Part shown: one piece after another, positions 58,701-64,000 of the stretch | How positions within the stretch are numbered: the first letter of the stretch is position 1 | How the letters are laid out: each line of letters starts with the position of its first letter | Origin: a virus | Virus record (IMG/VR): IMGVR_UViG_3300030098_003955 | Direction: 5' to 3' (one strand) | Length of the DNA stretch: 64,000 nucleotides | The notes under the pieces: model-generated | The model's input: the letters and a program-made list of their open reading frames with translations, nothing else | Databases searched by the model: none | What the model was told of the DNA's origin: nothing | Made by a program: the position numbers and the translations under genes

Positions 58701-59012
58701 ATAGAAAACTCTAGTGTCAGAATCAAAGCAACACTTTCTGCCCCTCCAAGCTCCATTTGAATATTTGACATCAAATCTTTCAGCTTGGCCTAGTTGTATT
58801 TTCTTCCTAGCCTCATCTCTAGAACCAGCTTTGACAATTGACAAAACCAATTCTTGAGGCAGTATGGGTTGATATCCAGTGAGATTGTTTGAGCACTGTT
58901 GTATACAACCACATCCTATATTGCAAGGATGATGAGTGTTATGACTTCGACGGCCTGTTGACCTGTTGACAAGACCGGGCCAAGAGGTGTCAAAGTTGTC
59001 TCCTATTGTCAT
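46716..59012 (-). CDS. Giant (4098 aa) cysteine-rich protein, probably virion-associated
   Basis: Uninterrupted 12.3 kb ORF with dense Cys and recurring C-x-W modules; function inferred. Confidence 0.85.
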   Translation of the reverse strand: MTIGDNFDTSWPGLVNRSTGRRSHNTHHPCNIGCGCIQQCSNNLTGYQPILPQELVLSIVKAGSRDEARKKIQLGQAERFDVKYSNGAWRGRKCCFDSDTRVFYVEPAGDYPYFEWPVECSNITDEDECNDRVSCKWGSVPNLIIRSGPDRGKEAPKMCRPACELADKSGNDEDGGKAGEEQCGALKTLGMQCKWGYVDGDIGTGDLETNKTQCHPDADAYEETSPGEFAVTSKIKDWSGCEPCSVTTIDALRISGGALASVQHIEPNLVNGEIVNFDVTGQRSDCSFSGGGGIHRPSFVFRDDVSNDVDDRARSVNRTNQDPVGKSSRYREAQYTFSQIAGLATLNYTLPSYDIIGDLPPGIFHNKTDKAATSFSFNSLSSPESDNVVDNIATVHLPTRTIYSLKDERDLRIGCIEDGVAPRRFPNYCSVDGQKSNFDGVSGVYIKDKKETVTMSLKGWQNACEEFDPNGICTQWREEEGVVADGELLLSKCMYYNSQVGYVPATEFTPDNCPQGFETTDGVTKGYIVQAVRPTESECTAKSRCCKKPITISSPTTYETVHYDKYEKNVNYDLMTWLAWEDLESGTSCVTVACGDLTSADLCKSSDQCSYEDRGETDPSSGLGIGPQCYSLGEGGFHNTAEAFIDKYQCLAYREVVGSSSVYWTPDWEIGISDASSCCGGVALSDDSPHHIPHMDAEGDVSGLKYNQVCYSPHKEVVFQADGSCQGIKNIYDRNYYHLEATDEETGFFNLAIRGCDYYGNCVSQSVIKDCGVQEIETCGEHTVYDNGISTNPCYWKTEGSCCEKLDPSTGEGTGMCLQDDDGNPRKQSECGNGPASATEKWTNFGTCEVKEHLLGRTTVLQIPTDQFASTSNFFASEVDSIGFRKGWIPRDLLVDSEANVGGGCTNVGNPPDIYDNKDSCPTGCTPSATCWKKSPDQDNPEGHAIDIDGTYFVNDGNKECTGIEEGGDYYYGCFDNLNMVPYQDHSGYRHFGVAFPGRPLDNEDFCYCLNEDVDKDFGRPGFVRQIPFLVTGTNEYRIETDGIRQIGDNKLADYPGCPSEAFLSDLGLSHPNPDFCGETGGTACSVAYYPESAWGLDFVLSGGAGCKGDPDPENPTSPKGGFHELPLDGFCEEVATGVTVPIEKEDCLGPVYLWHEPTCPDHCDEVESSYVPADCDGSCQDGKSTTRSACEAAESIWVDTKCEGLANLGNCDLGPDADGNCWKLHDENNPFDPDPYYTCLSPNLAKQVKCNVVGIYPYTNILNRSHHAVGDFRLRNLNLQPQPFKATEHKSLKYKTLAQAKFDLDQYHLCIGKTASSDNARNLAIQQVVDAEDADPGSFGFSPCHGATSYSPLSINRGLAYWFDHDFVAYLCKDSFGNTDPLVEYDPQTRRCFKMVGNEKQYDPTNWNNGSSFSPVMDHDACELLSVDISNYRIQNNIGLTDRNCTVHSVWAMEYHPDPSIGQELACFPTQNCGAEYLRTGVCPVARCRLMGGVCLPKDPDNCNDIGLGNLYKPEKDLLDKKTTLERCESECDCPDLFCEPTPTIAEIKTPLAGHCPPIEEGGDGSKCNELDLAYSDKLFINGHKEEGLSFAAIDDPDECGYCDVAAVGTEICEATQDQPAVGAGQVVRHSIPFETYARTKCQAFFIDIGTTGNQARTDCNAKTAICGLNCGQFTNGVSANTSGGMASPTDPANNNQNKCENLSGTDSDGIDYTCCVWQDFLDANGNAPEPGHVGTCKPATELNCSWYDAWKSGGATYIQGATVGYTCKSTSDDSRCQEAEFLSPESLSVLYREGTVSDADTFGSLLGRDVSFITKRKEDSLKYWGETGLWPEHKSSSYEADSCKGNQLFGYVEHASLTDPVIVKSSNHKLPSYPTKLQIGYINNDPVYGNFVVNAPIFKKDWIETEFHAALESDGTGKASRIIKKEAEKYDLKKHGPDDQIWPLVECPYDYLRKGAGGCKHDDIGSFSKFLEDNPFKPLDLEHLKQNCGVDDDGNPCMGLPAGLTTVSCSNPEKILGPDILGICYASADSGCGVEEAQGWCEDLSTGGGVNVSEEACWPPIYKWHPPQCEPSTAASLYKCVSKVPSAEYPNCDMARNQLDCGTLAASRPDIGGGLCEWIDRESACKPACSFRIDGEPMCSFATKENGDPAPAEFLVQKQVDKDHFSLFTCDGNTLESTERISQFLSNNFCPSTIFTFSGAGLKFTSCKAMNDTCCPRGCEDVTYSGPTSSDGTTLSSIKHHITGEVVAGQDDTSYNQNEFVLTNDPQVSMTCGASIIQGGQIEILGNVPWSGTWNHYADGLIRTEDVYGIGQNKNGYFKGWTGSSLINEPPADDYYVYVEHKETCPVCCDHFLPDTISATIGSVSTSILNDLYTDDGCGFNSCDGFNAVGYHTTNQLDEYGLKISEYRLCRESDIQQEVSDAFAAINLSASLSCNAQEYSTMQECTDNNKQGFCTNVSDGSRANGIEKVDCVAPNYKYVEIEGKTCKCESVPCSSDPSSTCHVAKKIYDDEISYLQQTYASLRCDAQKKFCARPSDQLRNIPHQHLSRSSHPCCLEDCIPGDTAVDDPCKKDYPTIEEWMGCHVATLYANGSHTAQNITCEIPQDVCFTDPGMDPTDVFENCGECVEGNNSPDPFACSGQSTRTDCNNAGCDWMSNAGGGDPVCDPCIGYPNNRPFACEPSCVETNVTPRFCRGQKDHRCGGTEFFPNPTVAINCEQDNAGNEIKNRCDINQNVVASGLHGGIDGCPNINEMGAADDGFHCYADIYAPTVGCLGFGQSKTIDLKYTDSAWRSDWALMGAKERFEFDGQGVRKGEYVGGQNCETFRVPNVEKQYCCWSDFYKTEFEPVLVGGVSPSNIKSNQFVVNGDVFQCPPRSKVRAGNHDVVRNADCGSCPSNDYGCGLYEKSNDLPRPTSNRDGHFFRLVAQCGPEVGLFETLNGQIPPDALGEDRTYSDPRLNLEMDVIHCGVACNTSAISAAPANSQCPDVVIKYEYEDVVDDKGNKIGDAISNVVETPFLCVTREEMIESGYSCTKQSCHSIPGQHCDVRPPCTGGCEFISGRIVDDYSGHLYEYSAAAAFPMQADTHQGQNEMWNFSSSPYYPKKPTLNRRVFWVERIENDEESYDLLHIDNRESCSYGEGTLVSVGKAEKFEAETGSYNGSSIDKKSKNPYISGNARLVDEIKDTRGASSFGIQLPAYTTIKVDDATGLMTNNNAYFRQFAIYEEFIPVDEYGDPQPAEAFFVKKLQLPAPYGNYPMPMPVQSSQQVGSQAFGGGKTPGKTHVGDSFGVGFGLGVNHSRVGLIPTAHNLNLEDSINGTYYTSVVPYDPTTGIGNKHISIERIENVYDTGDNGSCLFENHVELSDPDRALTRTECTTLGGYWVPKFLGTVVHVLGHHDLLDNELITISGNRCYDAACTVDGSVISDAKDTGCYEKDGFGTVFNITEADCKKDPDLVWYSGVLDIAGVTIKANTIDKTICEVTLGGSWGPDASIESAYDYEQGCPVFCRNQAQIEAFRTEKGCLDENFCQDCEVEKTEGEEDVTHCPLCAREDSNGELFGLDGEHIVRVLDTKAFVIGWEHQTDFEQDFTRLAKYSRNPLDNADRFGFNKKSAKYDPLDKKGLVEYPIQHSQNPTQLFDSDHNSMGFYSGMDGTKKVGEAFLSPFLPDVETDQLFQRELYDITKVSSAVEILSKADIGVVGYVTDKTKRFLRSTTTKIVQPNGTLDDIAIDSSSRAHSGLLGVNNLGLDEIAHCGAQHDTVVVSSTTGGGQNVLICAHASDCSVLDKGSCEESNYCVLESTSFGIDSDLNWTIEGQTLLEISAIRETDRLDEVAGRCFSKAQDENGCVADPECTYFCDKRDPTGICIQGGCLPSVTYSAVCSHREHAPSTSDDYVQLFSERTDRGNILNLEGYRKNDPEGHGGISSQVAGMPSSDTVRPRPSIGSEFTFAAKKPNMFFGTQFNGAGDFLRQSGAVPKRVFTGWVFPEDLGLEDEKIYGYWSRHVGSFNINIGVPEALPTASVSCRENNSDLPLNMTYYMLMPDETCQHFKPPKGIITSKGYDLPGGPVMVQTEPGVGTAVLKVHLHEQARTIRPETGGG

Positions 59013-59015
59013 TCT

Positions 59016-61067
59016 CTATATAATCCCTCTAGTTGGGTAATCATCATTCGGTCCACAATCTTCTGGAGTTACATATCCTTGAGCGAAGAATTTCCTAGTA
59101 CAAGCTGCCATCTCTCCTTGTTCGCAACCTGCGTGGGTAATGATGTCCATTCCAAAGAACTCACCCTGTAGTATAACATGCACTGGTATTATCTCTTTAA
59201 CGGTAACTGGGTTTCCAGCAGGGAATCCATTCCTTATATGAGATCCTTGCATGTCAGACTTTACATACTCAAAAATAACTCTTCTGCCAGTGTCATAGCT
59301 AAAGAAGTTATCACCTAAGTTTAACCCTTGACCTAGTGGGTTTTCTATAAATATTTTTTGATACAAAGTTGACATAGCGGCGTCAGAAAATCTTCCTGCT
59401 TCTACCTTGTGAGAGAGCTGCTCTACCTTGCTTTTTAGTTTCTGGTCAGAGTATGCTCCTCCCATTCCATGGCAAGGGTCTCCCATTCTTCTAGCGTAAG
59501 GAGAGCCGTTTGATGTTTTTCTGAACTTGTCACCACAATCACTGTAATCTCCACCAGCAACATAATGGTCTACAGACCTAAGTATTACTGCGTCATAAAA
59601 AGGAACACAGTTATTCCTAAAGTCTGTACAGTTTACATATGGGTTACCATTACCATCTTCCTTTACCTGACAGTTTCCTCCCCAGTCAATATCTTCAGGA
59701 TCGTAGATTTCTATATCAGGATAGTGAGGACTTCTCGCAAAGTAGACGCTAAACTCACAAGGCTCGTTTGGACATACATTTCTATAAAGCCTTCCGGGAT
59801 TATTGATATTACCTCCAACCCCTAAGTTGAAAGAGTTCTTGCCATCAGGCCCAGCTTTGGGAAGTATACACTTAGTTGCTTTTGACAGGTAAACTCCATT
59901 ATGCCTACCACCAACCCAAACTTTTCTTTCTCTGTCCCATCTCAAGTCGATTGGTCCGGTCTTCCACTTATCAGTCCTTCTGAGGTGACCATTCAAAAAG
60001 TGTTGCTTTGTCGTGTTTGGGATTTTACTTGGGAATGTTTGCTCGGCGATGCAAACTTCACTACTTGTACCTTTGTCTTTTAATGTATAGGTTACGGTTG
60101 AGCCATCGCTAAGAACATAGACCTTGGAGCCATCAGCATCTACGTGCTCACTATCAACAGTTGATGACCAAGTAGAAACATCAAATCCAGTTCCTGCCGG
60201 ATCGCAGCTAGCGGCTCCCGGAAATTTTTGGGAAAACATAATTGTCTTCCCGTATCGTCTACTGTGAGGGTCGCCTACCCTTAAGTCTGACTCTAGTTTG
60301 GCGTTTGGTACAGGCAGTCCTTCTAGGTCAAAGCCCCAGCCAGACATAACCATAGGACCTCTAAAGGCAACAGGCCTAGCAGGGGAATCAGCCTTTATTG
60401 TAGTAGAACCAAACTTTGGAAGTGACGGAGACTGGTTTTTAGTTTTTTGCGTGGCTACTTCTTTAGGGTCGTTGCCAGCTAAGCTCATTTCAATTGTAGA
60501 GCCAATAACGTATGGATTTAGTACTGCACTACTAGGTAATCCACTTCCCTGAACCATAAAGCTAGAAAAAGATTTAGTAGCATCTGCATTATTAACATAA
60601 GCAAAAGGTGTTTCAAATGAAGGAAACCTTAAATCTGTCTCCTTGTCTTTACCGCCTTCAGAGTTGAATATCTCCCCAGATAAAGTTCTTATTTTGAATC
60701 CGGCAGATATCGGTATAAATATAGAGTCTAGGGTGGCAGAAGCGCCTTGGTTGTAGTCTTTGTTTTGTAAGTAATTCTGCTCTTCTGGGTTCGCGCTTTG
60801 CGCCGCTTTATTAGCCGGAAAAAAAGTACTAAGCTGATCTTTTGTGGTTGTACCTACACTGTACTCCGCCATTAAGATAGGAACAGACGTTCCCATAAAT
60901 GTAAGAACGCTAGCACCATCTGCCTTTGTTTGTGTAGGAAGTCCTGTCATCCCAGCGTTCAAAATGACTGGCGATGGTCTATAGTTAGCAGCTAAGACCA
61001 CATGCGAAACATTTGACTGACTGGCATGTGTCTTCTTATGCTGTTCTACTTTGTGTATATTAGCCAT
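59016..61067 (-). CDS. Putative virion/tail protein
   Basis: 683 aa; GPMVMSGWGFD and WKTGPIDLRWD segments; lies in the structural block. Confidence 0.65.
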   Translation of the reverse strand: MANIHKVEQHKKTHASQSNVSHVVLAANYRPSPVILNAGMTGLPTQTKADGASVLTFMGTSVPILMAEYSVGTTTKDQLSTFFPANKAAQSANPEEQNYLQNKDYNQGASATLDSIFIPISAGFKIRTLSGEIFNSEGGKDKETDLRFPSFETPFAYVNNADATKSFSSFMVQGSGLPSSAVLNPYVIGSTIEMSLAGNDPKEVATQKTKNQSPSLPKFGSTTIKADSPARPVAFRGPMVMSGWGFDLEGLPVPNAKLESDLRVGDPHSRRYGKTIMFSQKFPGAASCDPAGTGFDVSTWSSTVDSEHVDADGSKVYVLSDGSTVTYTLKDKGTSSEVCIAEQTFPSKIPNTTKQHFLNGHLRRTDKWKTGPIDLRWDRERKVWVGGRHNGVYLSKATKCILPKAGPDGKNSFNLGVGGNINNPGRLYRNVCPNEPCEFSVYFARSPHYPDIEIYDPEDIDWGGNCQVKEDGNGNPYVNCTDFRNNCVPFYDAVILRSVDHYVAGGDYSDCGDKFRKTSNGSPYARRMGDPCHGMGGAYSDQKLKSKVEQLSHKVEAGRFSDAAMSTLYQKIFIENPLGQGLNLGDNFFSYDTGRRVIFEYVKSDMQGSHIRNGFPAGNPVTVKEIIPVHVILQGEFFGMDIITHAGCEQGEMAACTRKFFAQGYVTPEDCGPNDDYPTRGII

Positions 61068-64000
61068 TGTCTTGTCTCAAGCTTCTTGGGTCTGGAAGCC
61101 TGCTTTTCTTAATTGAATCTGCTTGCTTCTTTTTCATTTCAATCATTGTCTTCTGTATTCTTCTAAGTCTCTTTTCTTGCCTAGAATTATCACCAAACCT
61201 TATTTCTCTGGAAAGGCTATAAGTGGTTTTCATCCCAGCATCTCCAATGTCAACAGACATGTCGGTTATGTATGGGCCGTACTTAGGACTTGAGGTATTT
61301 AATCCAAATTGGATAGGTTTTCCGGGTTGGTATTTAGGTAGACCTGCCAAGGTGACGTTTCCACTTTCATTTTGGTCTATACCAACAGTGTCAAAGTAGA
61401 CTTTTGCTTTCCCAGAAGAATTCAAAATAACTTCAGATCCAAATGCTCCCGGATGATAACTTTCGTCTATGCTGACTTCTGCCTTTCCATAGCCTTGATT
61501 TATAGCCCAAGGTCCCCATCTAACTCTATTGGAAACTTGAGGAACAGCCGCTGCCCAAGGTTTAAATCTAGCAGCTACTAAGCTAGACTTTTCTTGCTCT
61601 GCGTCGGCTAATACTTGTCCTACATTAGGAACATTTGAGTTCAATGATGTTAATGCTAAGTATTCCAACTTTGGTCCAAGCAATGATGCAGGGCCATCAA
61701 TAGCCCCTAAGTGAACGCAATAAGACAACGTATTCAAAGGAGCAGTTAGTTCGGGATTTGATATTGGCGGGGCTATTGCGTTTGGGCCAACAGCATACTC
61801 AGAAGCCTGTGGTGAGTGATAACTTACGTTGAAGTCTAGAGCACCAAGAGCTGGGATTTCTATTTCTTTAACAGCCCCAACGTCTGGAGATACATACTCA
61901 ACAGGATTGTCTACATTTATTAAGGCGTAAGGCCTTAGTTTAGCGCACCTTACCTCATCAGTATCAACGCAGTCTACCCTAACGCTGACTTTCCTCTTTT
62001 TAGGAGCTGCGGTATCCCAGTTATAACCAGAGGCACACTCATTTGTATTAGGGTCTGGTTTTGTTGTTTTCGCAGCATCTTTCGGCAAGTTTGAATTGTC
62101 ATCTTTAACACAACTCTTAAAGCAGTGATTTCCATCACCTTCAATAAGTGAATCCGCATCCTTTTTGTCTAGCACACACCTTCCTCTGTATTCTTCAGCA
62201 TGGTGTATTTCCCAGTCTGGAACATCATAAAGCCAATAGACTTTATCGGACACATTTGCCTTCACAAAGGTCTTACCATAAGTAGGAAAGCCTCTTTCGT
62301 CTGAATACTCAGCCGTCATTGAGTGATGTGTGGTATGAATCTTTTCAGGGGTTACGTTTTGGAAGTTTAGCGGTTCTAATTTTTGAGAAAGGATGTATTT
62401 TATTTTCGTGGGATATACCACGAACGGCATCAAGTTTCCTTCCCCTGTAAAGAAGTTTATGTTCTGTGGATATCTTGTATTGGTAGTATCATTATCAAAC
62501 CTAACCTCGCAAGGCCATCCGTCATTCGCTATACTCCACTTATCTTCAAAGCTATTTGCCGACTCAGGTATAGGTCTCACCCAGTTTGACATCACATTGT
62601 CATACGGCAATGGCATTAAGTAATGAGTCCCATAAAATTTAGAAGCCACTTCATTTATTAGACGAAAAGCAGTGTCTTTCTGCCACCTAATTTTGTCTTC
62701 TGGCTTTAGAGTAAAGGTCACAGGAGCGCACGGATCTCCGTTTGCCTCTGTCGAGTTTTGAGACATCGCCTCTGCTTTTGCGAACGCCTCTTCGCTATAC
62801 GGACCCATAGTCAATGCGTCCATAGCATCGTGTTCTAGCTCTGTATTAGTATTGTTTTCATTTGCGTCATCAGGCCATCCCATGTATGAGGCAAGGTGAT
62901 TGTCGATGTTTCTTATGAACTTCATCCATTGTTCTTGGCCACTAGCAGCAGCCCTAAGCTCTGAAACAGTCGCGTAATAGAACCTGCGGAAGTCTCCATT
63001 ACCACCTGAGAATACTTTCTTAAATTGGAATGGGTCAGTTAAGGCTGCGGTCTTTGGAACTGGGTCGCCTATGTTTGCCCCTTTGTTTTCTAGCAAGGCC
63101 TTGCAAGCGACTGGATCTCTAGAAGTTCTCCAGTCTCCGTATTCACACCGATCATTGTCAGGGTCATATACTACGCAGTCATGCGGTTGTTCTGTCGTTT
63201 TAGAAACACACTTAAACGTTGCGGGATTAAAAGGACCTCCGTCATACCCAATTTCTGACAAGTCGATTGGTATCGTGGCTGTTATTGGTTTGACTGTAGG
63301 CTGTGCAAAATCGTCTACAAGACCACCTTCGTTGTAACATCTTAGAGGATCATCATCCGAGTATTCAAAAGTATCGTCTGGATTCAGTGGGTCTAGAGAT
63401 AGGTCTACACATCCTTTTTGTCTTTTTGCGTATGTGACACCTACACTAAATACTTCAGCAACTTTCTTGGCATAGTTATCGCTTGCCAACTGAGCTGCGT
63501 CTGCCGCGATCCCAAGAACGCCACCTACACCAATTTCCGAAAGAGGTCTTTTAGCTTCTCTTTGTAGATTTTCAAGAGCTCTCCAGTCGAGAACTTCATA
63601 GTCACCTCCGACAAAGAAGTTTGCTGGCTTGTCGAGTGCAGGAAATGGACCTTTTGGCAAATTTGCATCAACAGGACGAAGCGGCATGTTAAGAGGCATA
63701 TCCTGATAAAATGCTTTCATCGCGCCTATGCTCTTGAACTTCCTACAGAAAATAGAGCTTTGCCCTAAGAACTTTCTGACGTTATCTACTATGCCCATCT
63801 GAGAACCGCCCAAATCTAACTCAGTTGCATGAGAAGGTTTAGAAACACTCTGCACAGCAAAAGATCCGGGATTTAGGACAACCGTAGCTTCACTATCTGA
63901 AGACTCTTTTACAAGAACGCCACCTTCTTGCTTCCAGCATATTTCGGAGTTGTCTCCGGGCTCTTTAGCACTTAGGTGCTCCCAAGGATGAAGCCTCGTG
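61060..64000 (-). CDS. Large putative tail/baseplate-hub-like protein (5' partial)
   Basis: Frame stays open to the window edge beyond 63855; C-terminal ESGNVTLAGLP...ITDMSVDIG...TTY resembles hub-type beta strands. Confidence 0.65.
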   Translation of the reverse strand, partial: TRLHPWEHLSAKEPGDNSEICWKQEGGVLVKESSDSEATVVLNPGSFAVQSVSKPSHATELDLGGSQMGIVDNVRKFLGQSSIFCRKFKSIGAMKAFYQDMPLNMPLRPVDANLPKGPFPALDKPANFFVGGDYEVLDWRALENLQREAKRPLSEIGVGGVLGIAADAAQLASDNYAKKVAEVFSVGVTYAKRQKGCVDLSLDPLNPDDTFEYSDDDPLRCYNEGGLVDDFAQPTVKPITATIPIDLSEIGYDGGPFNPATFKCVSKTTEQPHDCVVYDPDNDRCEYGDWRTSRDPVACKALLENKGANIGDPVPKTAALTDPFQFKKVFSGGNGDFRRFYYATVSELRAAASGQEQWMKFIRNIDNHLASYMGWPDDANENNTNTELEHDAMDALTMGPYSEEAFAKAEAMSQNSTEANGDPCAPVTFTLKPEDKIRWQKDTAFRLINEVASKFYGTHYLMPLPYDNVMSNWVRPIPESANSFEDKWSIANDGWPCEVRFDNDTTNTRYPQNINFFTGEGNLMPFVVYPTKIKYILSQKLEPLNFQNVTPEKIHTTHHSMTAEYSDERGFPTYGKTFVKANVSDKVYWLYDVPDWEIHHAEEYRGRCVLDKKDADSLIEGDGNHCFKSCVKDDNSNLPKDAAKTTKPDPNTNECASGYNWDTAAPKKRKVSVRVDCVDTDEVRCAKLRPYALINVDNPVEYVSPDVGAVKEIEIPALGALDFNVSYHSPQASEYAVGPNAIAPPISNPELTAPLNTLSYCVHLGAIDGPASLLGPKLEYLALTSLNSNVPNVGQVLADAEQEKSSLVAARFKPWAAAVPQVSNRVRWGPWAINQGYGKAEVSIDESYHPGAFGSEVILNSSGKAKVYFDTVGIDQNESGNVTLAGLPKYQPGKPIQFGLNTSSPKYGPYITDMSVDIGDAGMKTTYSLSREIRFGDNSRQEKRLRRIQKTMIEMKKKQADSIKKSRLPDPRSLRQDNG

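Noticed and set aside
46912-63337. Many short + strand and out-of-frame ORFs within the giant minus-strand genes
   Set aside because: Antisense or off-frame shadows without RBS or motifs
61060-63855. Start codon at 63855 given by the ORF track
   Set aside because: The frame stays open to the window edge, so the true start lies outside the window
1-64000. Stop-codon reassignment as seen in some jumbo phages
   Set aside because: TAA, TAG and TGA all terminate full-length conserved genes, and coding density is high under the standard code
1-64000. Eukaryotic giant virus (NCLDV) origin suggested by glycan genes and Cys-rich proteins
   Set aside because: DnaE, DnaB, DnaG, SSB, sigma-70, operonic coupling and intrinsic terminators indicate a bacteriophage

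Overview
Gene-dense fragment of a large (jumbo-type) dsDNA bacteriophage genome, standard genetic code, AT-rich. A + strand block (1-45350) of tightly coupled genes converges at a double terminator (about 45399-45463) with a - strand block of probable virion genes. The + block carries: small membrane proteins and an M19 dipeptidase; thioredoxin; nucleotide metabolism (nrdA/nrdB, dut, phoH, dNMP kinase); recombination and replication (RecA/UvsX, DnaB, primase, Cas4-like exonuclease, a DnaE split into two genes around a DEDDh exonuclease, SSB); a sigma factor; and an approximately 17 kb glycan-biosynthesis island. The - block includes a 4098 aa cysteine-rich giant protein. Main highlights: (1) an intein-free split DnaE; (2) an R2 with the tyrosyl-radical-free class Ic (Mn/Fe) signature; (3) a large glycosylation system with non-canonical sugar enzymes, close to a disulfide-rich giant protein; (4) apparent total avoidance of CCWGG; (5) long hairpins filling the few intergenic gaps. 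No tRNA, rRNA or CRISPR array was seen. All calls come from manual motif reading; no searches were run.
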